Source of the DNA: an uncultured Bacillota bacterium
GTDB lineage: Bacteria; Bacillota_I; Bacilli_A; RF39; UBA660
Reading direction: 5' to 3'
DNA length: 64,000 nt
Assembly: GCA_958428295.1 (NCBI GenBank)
Contig: CAUAFL010000001.1
Location: 37,153 to 101,152 of the forward strand
Shown here: positions 53,901 to 63,990 of the stretch, in pieces
Position numbering within the stretch: the stretch's first letter is position 1
How the letters are laid out: the number at the start of each line of letters is the position of its first letter
Notes under the pieces: generated by a model
The model's input: the letters and a program-made list of their open reading frames with translations, nothing else
The model's database searches: none
What the model was told of the DNA's origin: nothing
Made by a program: the position numbers and the translations under genes

Positions 53901-54398
53901 ATGGATATGATTATTTCGTTTTTTCGGGACACCCTTAGTGGTCCCCTTTATATTGTGATTGTTGTTGTGGCTGTAATTTTGTTCTTTGCTTGTATTGGTT
54001 ATTTGGCAGAGCGGAAACTTAAATTAACGAAAGAACAAAATAAGTATGCACAAGTAGGTTCCAATGAAGTGGTATTAAGTGAGACGATTGAAGAAGTGGC
54101 ACCTACTGTAACACCACAAGTGGTAGTTAAACCACCGATTATGGAGGTACCGACGGTGGCAGCTACTACGGTTAGAGAAGTCGTAGCATCACCTACGGTT
54201 GTTACCTCCCCTGTTGTTAGTGAACCAGTAAAAGAGGAAATTCCCGTTGTGACTCCGGCAGTAACTCCTGTGGTACCAGTGGCACCTGTTTTGACGGAAT
54301 CATTAAATTCTTTTGCTGCTAGTCAGGGTGTAGTGCCAGTAGTTAGTAAAACGACTACGCAAGTACCGGCTGTGGATGTGGTTACTCCTAAGGAGTAG
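53901..54398 (+). CDS. membrane-anchored Pro/Val/Thr-rich low-complexity protein
   Basis: N-terminal TM helix, then repetitive PTV-rich sequence (VVTPAVTPVVPVAPV). Confidence 0.45.
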   Translation: MDMIISFFRDTLSGPLYIVIVVVAVILFFACIGYLAERKLKLTKEQNKYAQVGSNEVVLSETIEEVAPTVTPQVVVKPPIMEVPTVAATTVREVVASPTVVTSPVVSEPVKEEIPVVTPAVTPVVPVAPVLTESLNSFAASQGVVPVVSKTTTQVPAVDVVTPKE

Positions 54399-54453
54399 TT
54401 TTGTCAAAAGGATAAGTATTTAGTATACTAGTTAATACGTAAGGAGAAGATTT

Positions 54454-55287
54454 ATGGTTATTACAGTTACTTCGGTTATTAGCATTATTCAGAAAATTGT
54501 CGATATTTCAATTGTTTGGCTAATGTTTTATATTATTTTGAAGAACATTCGTAACAGTGTTAAATTAACGCTTTTATTTAAAGGGGTTATTATTGTTATT
54601 GTTCTTAAATTAGTCAGTGATTTTTGTGGTTTTACTACGGTTGGAGTGCTACTTGAGTATGTTATTATGTATGGTCCTTTAGCATTGATTGTTATTTTTC
54701 AACCAGAAATACGAACTATGTTAGAACAGTTAGGCCGTAGTCAATTATTAGGACGCCATAAAATTCTTACCGTTGATGAGCGTGAACATTTAGTTTATGA
54801 GTTGGTGCAGACGGTAGATTATTTACGGAAGCAGAAAATTGGAGCTATTATTGTTTTGGAGCGCGATGTTAGTTTAGGAAATTATATTGAAAAAGCAAAA
54901 AAACTGTATGCCGATTTATCAAGTGATTTATTAGTTTCTATTTTTTTTCCTAATAATCCACTTCATGATGGTGGCGTCATTATTCAAGGAGATCGTATTA
55001 CTTGTGCTGGGGCAGTGTTCCCAACTAGTAGTAGTTCAAAAATTAATAAGCGTTTAGGTACGAGGCATCGGGCTGCATTGGGCATTGCCGAAGAGACCGA
55101 TGCTATTAGTTTAGTCGTATCTGAGGAGACAGGCCGATTATCAATAGCTATTAAAGGAGAATTATTTTATAATTTATCTCTTGATGATGTTCGGATGATG
55201 TTGATAGATGAGTTAAAACCGAAAAGTGATATGGAGTATGATGAGGAAGAATTAGAAGAGGAAGAGATATATGAAGAAGATATTTAG
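54454..55287 (+). CDS. cdaA: diadenylate cyclase CdaA (c-di-AMP synthase)
   Basis: Three N-terminal TM helices and a DAC domain (HDGGVII, GTRHRAALG). Confidence 0.85.
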   Translation: MVITVTSVISIIQKIVDISIVWLMFYIILKNIRNSVKLTLLFKGVIIVIVLKLVSDFCGFTTVGVLLEYVIMYGPLALIVIFQPEIRTMLEQLGRSQLLGRHKILTVDEREHLVYELVQTVDYLRKQKIGAIIVLERDVSLGNYIEKAKKLYADLSSDLLVSIFFPNNPLHDGGVIIQGDRITCAGAVFPTSSSSKINKRLGTRHRAALGIAEETDAISLVVSEETGRLSIAIKGELFYNLSLDDVRMMLIDELKPKSDMEYDEEELEEEEIYEEDI

Positions 55288-56629
55288 AGGAATTAAAAAT
55301 TTATTTCGTCATATTGGTTCGTTTTTTGATAAATGGCTAATTACTCCTATCACTAAATTAATATTGCGAATTATTGATTTTTCAAAGTCAAATAGTAAAG
55401 GAATCGAACGTTTTTTAGGTAAAAAACAGACTCTGATTGTGGTTAGTTTGTTATTAGCTTTTGCCGTATTTTTTATTATCGATGGAGAGAAAAGTGCTAC
55501 GATTGACCAGTATGCAGAAATTCTTTATAATCAACCTGTTACGGCAACTTATAATGAAGAAGCCTATGTTGTCGAAGGATTGCCAAAGACAGTGGATATT
55601 ACTTTGGTAGGACAGAAACGACATATTTTTCTAGCTAAGCAATCTCCAAGCGGAGGCGTTAGTGTCGATCTTACTGGATTGAAGGCTGGGCAACATAAAG
55701 TTAGTCTCAAGTATACAAAACAATTAAAGTCTTTGGATTATCGGTTAGATCCATCTAATGTTACCGTAACAATTTATGATAAAGTTAGTCAAACAAAATC
55801 ACTTACTTATGATGTTTTACATAAAGATAATTTAGATAGTAAATTAAATATTGATAATGTAGAACTTGATCGTAGCGAAGTTATTGTTAAGGGAGCAGAA
55901 TATAAGTTGAAAAAGGTAGCAACAGTAAAGGCCTTAGTGGATGTTGATGAGTTTGCGAGTCCTGAAGCAGGAGAGATGAATCTTAAAAATGTTCCTCTTG
56001 TAGCCTATGATACAGATGGTAAAGTAGTCGATGTAGAAATTGTTCCTAAGACCGTTACCGCCAAGGTGACGATTACATCTCCTAGTAAAAATGTCTCTTT
56101 AAAAATTATTCCTAAAGGAGATCTTGCTTTTGGGAAAGCCATTCGCTCGTTGAGTAGTAGTGTTAGTCAGGTAACTATTTATGGTAGTGAGGAAGCGTTG
56201 GCAGCTATTGATGGCTTACCAGTGGAGATTGATGTGACAGGCTTAGAAAAGGATAAAGATTATACCGTTACATTAAAAAAACCAACCGGTGTAACATCGA
56301 TTAGTGTGAAAACTATTACAGTAAAAGTTGCCATTGATGATTCTAGTGTCAAAGAGTTTGATAATATCTCTATTGCTACTGAGAACCTAGATACTAGTAA
56401 ATATAAAGTCCAGGCTTTATCGGAAGCTGATAGTAAAGTAACCGTAGTGGTCAAGGGAAGTAAATCGATTATTGATAGTATTGATTCCTCTATTATTAAA
56501 GCATACGTCGATTTAAAAGATTTGGGTTCTGGGGAACATGAGGTTGAAGTAAAAGTAACCGGTGATGATGTTAAACTTACGTATAGCTCTAAGGTGAAAA
56601 AAGTAAAAGTAAAAATTATTGAAAAATAA
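55271..56629 (+). CDS. cdaR: CdaA regulatory protein CdaR (YbbR-domain protein)
   Basis: N-terminal anchor and repeated YbbR-like beta-rich domains. It overlaps the cdaA stop. Confidence 0.75.
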   Translation: MKKIFRGIKNLFRHIGSFFDKWLITPITKLILRIIDFSKSNSKGIERFLGKKQTLIVVSLLLAFAVFFIIDGEKSATIDQYAEILYNQPVTATYNEEAYVVEGLPKTVDITLVGQKRHIFLAKQSPSGGVSVDLTGLKAGQHKVSLKYTKQLKSLDYRLDPSNVTVTIYDKVSQTKSLTYDVLHKDNLDSKLNIDNVELDRSEVIVKGAEYKLKKVATVKALVDVDEFASPEAGEMNLKNVPLVAYDTDGKVVDVEIVPKTVTAKVTITSPSKNVSLKIIPKGDLAFGKAIRSLSSSVSQVTIYGSEEALAAIDGLPVEIDVTGLEKDKDYTVTLKKPTGVTSISVKTITVKVAIDDSSVKEFDNISIATENLDTSKYKVQALSEADSKVTVVVKGSKSIIDSIDSSIIKAYVDLKDLGSGEHEVEVKVTGDDVKLTYSSKVKKVKVKIIEK

Positions 56630-56630
56630 A

Positions 56631-56662
56631 AAACTTCCTGAAATAATTCGGGAAGTTTTTTT
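56631..56662. terminator. bidirectional rho-independent terminator (acttcc...ggaagt with U-runs on both strands)
   Basis: It lies between the convergent cdaR and the DUF378 gene. Confidence 0.6.
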
Positions 56663-56855
56663 AGTCTCTATCGAAAAGCATACTGATATCAACTAAACCA
56701 GCAATACCAATAATTATATAGATAATTCTGGCGATGATATTATCACTGCCACCAAAGATAGTTGCGACTAAGTCTAAATTAAATAAACCAACGAAAGCCC
56801 AGTTTAAGGCTCCAATAATTATTAGAACCAAACATATCTTTTTTAGTGTATCCAT
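56661..56855 (-). CDS. DUF378-family small membrane protein
   Basis: 64 aa with two TM helices and the family signature (GALNWAFVGLF...IIGIAGL). Confidence 0.6.
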   Translation of the reverse strand: MDTLKKICLVLIIIGALNWAFVGLFNLDLVATIFGGSDNIIARIIYIIIGIAGLVDISMLFDRD

Positions 56856-56962
56856 AAATTTCCTCCTTTATCTGTTCATTCATAGGATAACCAAAGATAA
56901 TGAAATTATTCACGAATATTAGCATAAAACTATCCATATAATGAAATGAGAATATAAATGAG

Positions 56963-57982
56963 GTGAAAGATTTGAAAAAAATCAGTTTAATAGTCATGAC
57001 AATTTGTTTATTGTTATTGACAGGATGTGGGAAGACTAGTGAGAGTGACATCGTGAATAAACTTTCAAAAAAGGTACAGGATAGTAAAGGATACTTGATG
57101 ACTGGCAAACTAGAAATTGTCAATAATGATGATGTTTATAATTATACTGTTGAAGCTGCTTACAAAAAAGGTGATTATTATAAAGTTAGTCTTATCAATA
57201 CTGCTAATGAGCATGAACAAATTATTTTAAAAAATGATGAGGGTGTCTACATTTTAACACCTAGTCTAAAGAAAAGTTTTAAATTTCAAAGTGATTGGCC
57301 TTATAATAATTCACAGATTTACTTGTTGCAGTCCCTTATTAATGATATAAAGAATGATAGCAAAAAGACTTTTAAACAGGAAAAAGATCAGTACTTGTTC
57401 ACTAGTACAGTTAATTATCCTAATAATCGTAATTTAGTGAAACAACAAGTTGCTTTTTCTACTAAGTTAGATCTTAAAAAGGTAATCGTCCTAACGGATA
57501 CTGATGTTCCTAAAATGACTTTAACGGTTAAGGATATTGATTATAGTCCTAGCTTTGGTAAAAAATATTTTGATTTAAATGAGGTAATGAATACAGCGAA
57601 GACAGAGGAGACGGAAACGGAACAAACGAAAGAATCTAGTAGTATTGATGATGTTATTTATCCTCTTGTTTTACCACAGGGAACGAAGCTTAAAAGTGAG
57701 GAAAAGGTCCAAAAGACAGATGGTGAAAGAGTGATTTTAACGTTTGAAGGAGAAAAGCCATTTTTACTAGTTGAAGAGACCATTAAACCTGAGAGTGAAC
57801 TGACCATTGTTCCGGTTATGGGAGAGCCGTACATGTTTATGGATACCATTGGAGCTTTATCAGAAAGTTCTCTTACTTGGACATCCAATGGTATGGAATA
57901 CTATTTAGTTAGTGATGTGATGAACCAGGATGAATTAGTAGAAATTGCTAGTTCAGTAAATGTACTACCTACTATGAAATAA
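56963..57982 (+). CDS. lipoprotein (possibly LolA-like/DUF4367 fold)
   Basis: Signal peptide with a lipobox (LLLTGCG). GTG start after an AATGAGG RBS. The domain assignment is tentative. Confidence 0.5.
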   Translation: MKDLKKISLIVMTICLLLLTGCGKTSESDIVNKLSKKVQDSKGYLMTGKLEIVNNDDVYNYTVEAAYKKGDYYKVSLINTANEHEQIILKNDEGVYILTPSLKKSFKFQSDWPYNNSQIYLLQSLINDIKNDSKKTFKQEKDQYLFTSTVNYPNNRNLVKQQVAFSTKLDLKKVIVLTDTDVPKMTLTVKDIDYSPSFGKKYFDLNEVMNTAKTEETETEQTKESSSIDDVIYPLVLPQGTKLKSEEKVQKTDGERVILTFEGEKPFLLVEETIKPESELTIVPVMGEPYMFMDTIGALSESSLTWTSNGMEYYLVSDVMNQDELVEIASSVNVLPTMK

Positions 57983-58040
57983 GCACGAAAGTGTTTATTT
58001 TTTATAGTTGCTATGATACAATATTAGTGGTGAATAAGAA

Positions 58041-58550
58041 ATGAAAAAAACAACTAATTATAATAAAAGATCATTGACAAATAATCAAGGGTTAAAAGAT
58101 ACAACCAAAAAAGGTTTTCTTATTATTCTATGTATTGTATTATTTATGGGGTTTATGTATTTTTTAACGACGAGAATTTTACAGAAGAAGCAAATGGGAG
58201 CGAAGGATACACCGGTGGAGTCTGTCATCCAATATGATAAAATTTTAGCTGGGGAAGTATTTGATCAAAAAGACGACGACTATTATGTGGTTTTTTATGA
58301 TAGTGATGATGAGTATTCCACTCTTGCTTCGTATATTAGTAGCTATCAAAGTAAAAATGATGTCACACGCCTTTATAGTGTTGATTTGCATGACGGTATG
58401 AATGCTAAGTATGTAACAGAAGAAGTGGTAGTGGCAGATAATATTGCTGTTTTAAAGGTTAAAGCACCAACCCTGCTCCATTTTAAAGATCATCGTGTTG
58501 TGGAAGTTATCACCGATGAAAGTGCTATTCATGATTTTTTTACAAAATGA
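58041..58550 (+). CDS. hypothetical membrane-anchored protein
   Basis: N-terminal TM helix (FLIILCIVLFMGFMYFL) and a soluble C-terminal domain of unknown function. Confidence 0.45.
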   Translation: MKKTTNYNKRSLTNNQGLKDTTKKGFLIILCIVLFMGFMYFLTTRILQKKQMGAKDTPVESVIQYDKILAGEVFDQKDDDYYVVFYDSDDEYSTLASYISSYQSKNDVTRLYSVDLHDGMNAKYVTEEVVVADNIAVLKVKAPTLLHFKDHRVVEVITDESAIHDFFTK

Positions 58551-58556
58551 TAATCT

Positions 58557-58584
58557 AACAGCTTTTTATAGGCTGTTTTTCTTT
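58557..58584 (+). terminator. rho-independent terminator (aacagc-tttttatag-gctgtt followed by a T-run)
   Basis: Hairpin followed by tttttcttt. Confidence 0.6.
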
Positions 58585-58655
58585 GTCAACTAAGCTTCAA
58601 ATTATTTAGTAATTGCTTGATTTATGATACAATAGATAATAGATGAGGTGACGCT

Positions 58656-59894
58656 ATGCCAAAAGAAAAGGATGTATCAGAAGAAGAAAAAGAAGTGCGA
58701 GAAGTGATTGTAGAGAAGAAAAGTGGTTTTAATTATCCTGAGATGGTTATCATTATGATCATCGCCTTACTATTTGGTTTTCTTCTTGGAAATATTGTTA
58801 ATTTTTCTAAAGGGTTAACTACGACTGATGTTCCTAGTGAACTTCAAGAATTAGTTTCTACCTATCAAGATATTGTGAGTAATTATTATGATAGTGTAGA
58901 TAAGGAAAAGTTAGTGGATGCGGGTATTAAGGGAATGATTGAATATTTGGATGATCCATATGCTACTTATTTCGAAGGAAGTAGCAGTGAAGCTTTTAAT
59001 CAATCTTTAGAAGGAAGATATAATGGTATTGGTATTCAAGTTACGAAAAGGGAAACAGGGGCTGTTATTACGACGGTATTTGCTAATAGTCCTGCCTTTG
59101 AGGCTGGTTTACAAGTGGATGATCAATTACTTAAGGTGGCAGGAGAAGATGTTACGAATAAAGAGTTAGCAGATATTGTGGCTTTAATTAAAGGAGAAAA
59201 TAAAACTTATGTTGATATTACGGTCCTTCGCCAAGGTAACGAAGTAACGGTTGCAGTTATGCGTGATCGTGTAGATATGCCTTTAGTGACCAGTAAACTT
59301 TATGAACAGGATGGCCAAAAGATCGGTTATTTGAAATTCGAAATTTTTTCGTCTAATATAGCCCAACAGTTTAAAAATGGTTTAAAGGAATTAGAAAAGC
59401 AGGGAGCGGATCGTTTAGTAATTGATGTACGAGATAATCCAGGTGGTTATTTAACACAAGTGACGGAGATTTTATCGTTGTTTATGGATAAGAAACAAGT
59501 ACTGTATCAGTTACAGACTAAGGATAAAAAAGAAAAAATCTATGGAACAGCAAAGAGTGTCGCGCGTGAGTATCCTGTGGTTGTTATCATTAATGAGGAA
59601 AGTGCTTCTGCATCAGAGATTTTAGCGGCTGCATTTAAAGAAAGTTATGGTGCCTCTATTGTAGGCGTTAATTCTTATGGTAAGGGTACTGTTCAGAAAA
59701 CAGAAGATTTAAAAAATGGGGATACGATTAAGTATACATTTCAAAAGTGGTTAACGCCTAAAGGAAAGTGGATTAATAAGACGGGTGTAACACCTACTGA
59801 TAAAGTTGAACTTTCTTTGAAAGAAGGCGAAGTATTAACGGAGGATAAAGATCTTCAGTTGCAAAGAGCTTTGACACTTCTTTCTAAAAAATAG
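58656..59894 (+). CDS. ctpA: S41-family C-terminal processing peptidase (CtpA-like)
   Basis: N-terminal TM anchor, PDZ domain (GIGIQV) and the S41 catalytic region (SASASEI...K). Confidence 0.8.
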   Translation: MPKEKDVSEEEKEVREVIVEKKSGFNYPEMVIIMIIALLFGFLLGNIVNFSKGLTTTDVPSELQELVSTYQDIVSNYYDSVDKEKLVDAGIKGMIEYLDDPYATYFEGSSSEAFNQSLEGRYNGIGIQVTKRETGAVITTVFANSPAFEAGLQVDDQLLKVAGEDVTNKELADIVALIKGENKTYVDITVLRQGNEVTVAVMRDRVDMPLVTSKLYEQDGQKIGYLKFEIFSSNIAQQFKNGLKELEKQGADRLVIDVRDNPGGYLTQVTEILSLFMDKKQVLYQLQTKDKKEKIYGTAKSVAREYPVVVIINEESASASEILAAAFKESYGASIVGVNSYGKGTVQKTEDLKNGDTIKYTFQKWLTPKGKWINKTGVTPTDKVELSLKEGEVLTEDKDLQLQRALTLLSKK

Positions 59895-59986
59895 TTATTT
59901 CCCTTCGATTGTTTAGTAATTGAAAATTATCTTTTCATATGGTATGATGTTTATATATTAATGGAAGAAAGCTATGGTGGGTGCGA

Positions 59987-60532
59987 ATGAATAAAAGGAA
60001 GCAGAAAGTAGCCATATTAAGTTTGATGATTTTAATTTTAATTGTTGGTATTTCTTATGCTTTTTTTAGTACTACCCTTGCTGGTAATAAGGAAAACGTG
60101 ATTAAAGTTGGGAAGTTAGACTTAGTTTTGGATGAAAGTATGAGTAATGGCATTACCATTAGCAAAGGAGTAGCTGTGACGGATGCTGTCGGTCTTGCTA
60201 GTACGCCTTCTAGTTTCTCTTTAGTAAATAATAGTAGTGTAAAAATTGCTTATTCTATTTATTTGACAGATTTACCACTAACATCTGGTACTCGTATTGC
60301 TGATAAGTATATTAAATATAGTTTAGATAAGGGAACTACGGTAGGAAGTGCAAAAGTCTTAATGAAGGTTAGTAATGATAACAGTGATCGTTTGTTAGAT
60401 AGTGGTGTGATTAATGGGAAGGAAACGATTAATTTCAAATTGAGACTGTGGCTTAATAGTGCTGAAAATGCCAATTATTCTAATCAGATATTTAGTGCTG
60501 AGTTACGAGTGGATGCTACGCAGAGTAGTTAG
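59987..60532 (+). CDS. camelysin/TasA-family protein with a SipW-cognate-type signal peptide
   Basis: N-terminal K-rich n-region, hydrophobic core and an AFFST motif followed by GKLDLVL. This resembles TasA/CalY signal regions (AFFSD...GTLDLTL). ATG at 59987. Confidence 0.55.
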   Translation: MNKRKQKVAILSLMILILIVGISYAFFSTTLAGNKENVIKVGKLDLVLDESMSNGITISKGVAVTDAVGLASTPSSFSLVNNSSVKIAYSIYLTDLPLTSGTRIADKYIKYSLDKGTTVGSAKVLMKVSNDNSDRLLDSGVINGKETINFKLRLWLNSAENANYSNQIFSAELRVDATQSS

Positions 60533-60577
60533 TAAAAAAGAGTATAATTATCTTTGGATAATTTTTTTTGAAATATT

Positions 60578-60604
60578 TTAGCACTCTATATTGACAAGTG
60601 CTAA
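60578..60604 (+). promoter_or_regulatory. CIRCE-like HrcA operator (TTAGCACTC-N9-AAGTGCTAA) overlapping the clpB promoter
   Basis: 27-nt element with 9-9-9 geometry that matches the CIRCE consensus TTAGCACTC-N9-GAGTGCTAA at 17 of 18 positions. The -35 TTGACA (60591-60596) lies in its spacer, and the -10 TATAAT is at 60613-60618. Confidence 0.7.
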
Positions 60605-60641
60605 TAACGGTGTATAATAGTGGTAATAAAGGAGGGATTGT

Positions 60642-62741
60642 ATGTATCAAAATAATCCAGAAGCAGAAGAAAAAGTATTAGAAAAGTATGGTCGTAATAT
60701 TAATGAAGCAGTAAAACTAGGGAAGATTGATCCTGTCATTGGTCGTGATGAGGAAATTCGCAGTATTACCCGTATTTTATCACGTAAAACTAAAAATAAT
60801 CCGGTATTAATTGGCGAACCAGGGGTTGGAAAAACAGCGATTGTGGAAGGATTAGCGTTACGTATTGTTAAAGGAGATGTGCCCGCTAGTCTTAAAAATA
60901 AAATTGTTTGGGAGTTAGATATGGCTTCTTTAATTGCTGGTGCTAAGTATCGTGGGGAGTTTGAGGAACGTCTTAAAAATGTTTTGAATGAGGTAAAGAA
61001 AAGCGAAGGCACGATTATTATGTTTATTGATGAAATTCATACAATTGTTGGCTCTGGTAATATGGAAGGGGCGATGGATACTTCTAATATTTTAAAACCA
61101 ATGTTGGCTCGTGGAGAAATTCATGTTATTGGCGCTACTACCTTAAATGAGTATCGTAAGTATATTGAAAAAGATGGTGCTTTAGAAAGACGTTTTCAAA
61201 AGATAAAGGTTAGTGAACCAACAGTAGAGGACACCATCACAATTTTACGTGGCTTAAAAGAGCGTTTTGAAATTCATCATGGGGTAACGATTCAAGATAA
61301 GGCGATTATTGCGGCGGCTACGTTATCTAATCGTTATATTACAGATCGCTTTTTACCCGATAAAGCTATTGATTTAGTTGATGAAGCTTGTGCAACGATT
61401 CGGGTACAAATGGATTCAGTACCTAATGAGTTAGATGCTCTTACTAGAAAAATTATGCGTTTGGAAATTGAGCGTCAAGCAATTAAAAAAGAAAAAGATC
61501 AATTGTCTTTAAAACGGAAAGAAGAAATAGATTCTCAGTTAACGCAGTTAAAAGAGGAGGAACGACGCTATAAAGATGCTTGGGAAAATGAAAAAACTTT
61601 AAATGATCGGGTTCAAGCTAAGAAAAAGGAATTGGAAAAGGCACGTTTTGATTTGGAACAGGCTGAAAATGCTTATGATTTAGAAAGTGCTGCTCGCCTT
61701 CGGCACGGCGAAATTCCTACCTTGGAAAAAGAATTACAAGAATTGAAAACTAAAAATGATAATAAGTTATTAAGTGACACAGTTAGCGAAGAAGATATTG
61801 CCGGAATCATTTCTAAGTGGACCAATATTCCTCTTAGTAAATTAGTTAGTAGTGAAAAGGAAAAGTTGTTACAGTTAGAGGATCATATGAAGTTGCGTGT
61901 AATGGGACAGGACGAAGCTTTACATTTAGTGAGTGAAGCCATCATTAAGTCACGTAGTGGGATTAAAGATCCTAACCGTCCTATTGGCTCCTTTATCTTT
62001 TTAGGACCAACGGGTGTTGGTAAAACAGAGGTAGCAAGAACCTTGGCAAGTGAATTGTTTGATGACGAGAAGCATATGGTGCGTATTGATATGAGCGAGT
62101 ATATGGAAAAGTTTAGTGTTTCGCGTCTAATTGGTTCGCCACCTGGATATGTGGGTTATGAAGAAGGTGGTCAGTTGACAGAAGCTGTTCGCCGTAATCC
62201 ATATAGTATTGTTTTGTTTGATGAAATCGAGAAGGCTCATCCAGAAGTGTTAAATCTATTGTTACAAATTTTGGATGATGGCCGTATTACAGATTCTAAT
62301 GGACGAACAGTTGATTTTAAAAATACAATTATTATTATGACTTCTAATCTTGGTAGTGAACATATTTTAGAAGGAGATACCAGTCAAGTATTAAGTGAGT
62401 TGCGTTCTACTTTTCGGCCAGAATTCATTAATCGTATTGATGAAGTTATTGTTTTTAAACCACTTTCTAAAGCAGTTATTTATCAAATTCTAGACAAGAT
62501 TATCCTAGAGATAGAAAAACGTTTACAGAGCGAGGATATTCATCTTCAATTAACATCTGCTGCGAAAGATTATTTAGTGACGCAAGGTTATGATGTCAAT
62601 TATGGAGCTCGTCCTTTGAAAAGAGAGGTTAGTAAGACCATTGAAAGTCTATTAGCTCATGAATTAATCAAAGGTGATATTGTCTATGGCACGACATTTA
62701 CTTTTGATGTTAAAAACGAAAATATTTACATTAAGAAATAG
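60642..62741 (+). CDS. clpB: ATP-dependent chaperone ClpB lacking the N-terminal domain
   Basis: Two AAA+ modules with a long coiled-coil M-domain inserted in NBD1, which is ClpB-specific. It starts directly at the region equivalent to E. coli ClpB residue ~150 ([11 protein letters not shown]...IGRDEEIRR). Confidence 0.8.
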   Translation: MYQNNPEAEEKVLEKYGRNINEAVKLGKIDPVIGRDEEIRSITRILSRKTKNNPVLIGEPGVGKTAIVEGLALRIVKGDVPASLKNKIVWELDMASLIAGAKYRGEFEERLKNVLNEVKKSEGTIIMFIDEIHTIVGSGNMEGAMDTSNILKPMLARGEIHVIGATTLNEYRKYIEKDGALERRFQKIKVSEPTVEDTITILRGLKERFEIHHGVTIQDKAIIAAATLSNRYITDRFLPDKAIDLVDEACATIRVQMDSVPNELDALTRKIMRLEIERQAIKKEKDQLSLKRKEEIDSQLTQLKEEERRYKDAWENEKTLNDRVQAKKKELEKARFDLEQAENAYDLESAARLRHGEIPTLEKELQELKTKNDNKLLSDTVSEEDIAGIISKWTNIPLSKLVSSEKEKLLQLEDHMKLRVMGQDEALHLVSEAIIKSRSGIKDPNRPIGSFIFLGPTGVGKTEVARTLASELFDDEKHMVRIDMSEYMEKFSVSRLIGSPPGYVGYEEGGQLTEAVRRNPYSIVLFDEIEKAHPEVLNLLLQILDDGRITDSNGRTVDFKNTIIIMTSNLGSEHILEGDTSQVLSELRSTFRPEFINRIDEVIVFKPLSKAVIYQILDKIILEIEKRLQSEDIHLQLTSAAKDYLVTQGYDVNYGARPLKREVSKTIESLLAHELIKGDIVYGTTFTFDVKNENIYIKK

Positions 62742-62766
62742 CCATTATTGATTATCAATAAAGTGA

Positions 62767-62805
62767 AAAGAGCATTTAGAATAAAATGGCTCTTTTTATT
62801 TTTGT
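62767..62805 (+). terminator. rho-independent terminator after clpB
   Basis: aaagagc...gctcttt stem with a 15-nt loop, followed by tttatttttg. Confidence 0.45.
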
Positions 62806-62840
62806 GCAGTAAGAAAGATAGTAGCAATCTATATTTATCT

Positions 62841-63425
62841 TTATTTCTCTATATTACTGATGATAACTAGTTGTTTATCTTTATGCTGTTTACTGCATGT
62901 TGTTAATATCAATTGATCGGTTGTATTTTGTGGTAATTGAATGCTACCTTTTTTTACTTGTTCTTCAATTTTTACGATCTTGTAAGTATAGATTTCGTTT
63001 TGGTAGTTTAAAATTAGTTTGTCTTTTAATTGTAATTTGTCTAGTTCATTAAAGAGAGCTTTATCTCCTGTTCCAGAGTGAGCGGCTAGAAAAACAATAC
63101 TGTTTTTAGTTCCTGGTAAAATAGATCCTTGAAGAATGGTCACATTCTCCTCGACATTATTATGCTTACTCTCAAAAGGATAGATAGATTGATTTAGGTT
63201 AATTTTGGGAATACTGAGTGTGGCCAGGATTTGTTCTTGTGAAATTTTGGAGGTAGATATTTTTGCTTGTGTAGGGGCAATATTTTGATTAGTATGATTA
63301 GTAGCTGTTGCAATAGACGTGTTAATGGTCTTTGAGGAAATAGGAGGCTTTTGATGATAGATGAGAAAACAACTGGTTAAATATCCTCCTATGATTAACA
63401 AATTAGGCCATTTTATTTTTGACAT
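62841..63425 (-). CDS. sortase-family transpeptidase
   Basis: N-terminal anchor, a conserved His region (LAAHSG) and a TLxTC-type Cys motif (LILTTCS). Confidence 0.6.
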   Translation of the reverse strand: MSKIKWPNLLIIGGYLTSCFLIYHQKPPISSKTINTSIATATNHTNQNIAPTQAKISTSKISQEQILATLSIPKINLNQSIYPFESKHNNVEENVTILQGSILPGTKNSIVFLAAHSGTGDKALFNELDKLQLKDKLILNYQNEIYTYKIVKIEEQVKKGSIQLPQNTTDQLILTTCSKQHKDKQLVIISNIEK

Positions 63426-63990
63426 AGAAACCTCCTAGGGCTAGGCATAACTCTAACAGTGAAAAATAACTAGCCTTTTTACTATGACTTGCTGTATTAG
63501 GTACTGGGACTTCGATTATTTTTTTCTGTTCTTGGTAGTCGTATACTTTGTAATGATAATTTTTATCCATGCTCTCAATGAAAATGTTGAAAGGTTTTGT
63601 TTTTGTATAACCTTCTGTGGTTGTGAGTTGTTCTATGATATAGTGCCCATATGGCAGAATAATCTCGGCTTGTCCATTTTTATCAGTGGTGATTTTATTA
63701 ATGAGTTGTTGTTGCTGATTGTATATAGCAAAGGTTATATTTGCTTCTGCGGTCATTACTTGATGATTACCATAACTTTTTTCGATCACTACCTTTTGTT
63801 TTATTACTTCGTTTGACACTTGTAAATGTGTTTTGGGTGTTTCCTTGGTAATATTGATAGTATAAGTTTTATTATTTGGTTGGTAACCAATTCCTGTTGT
63901 TGTCTCTTGTAAGTAGTAAGTACCAAATGAAATTAATGGTTGTTCCCCGGTTCCTATGATTTTAGCAGTCATGTTGGCATTTAGGGCCAC
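63403..63990 (-). CDS. cell-wall-sorted surface protein with a Cna-B/prealbumin-like domain (partial; the N-terminus probably lies beyond the window)
   Basis: C-terminal sorting signal VPNTAS, a hydrophobic stretch and a KNK tail. The repeat TDKNGQAEIILPYGHYIIEQLTTTEGY is typical of Cna-B/SpaA folds. The ORF runs to within 10 nt of the window end. Confidence 0.5.
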   Translation of the reverse strand: MALNANMTAKIIGTGEQPLISFGTYYLQETTTGIGYQPNNKTYTINITKETPKTHLQVSNEVIKQKVVIEKSYGNHQVMTAEANITFAIYNQQQQLINKITTDKNGQAEIILPYGHYIIEQLTTTEGYTKTKPFNIFIESMDKNYHYKVYDYQEQKKIIEVPVPNTASHSKKASYFSLLELCLALGGFYVKNKMA

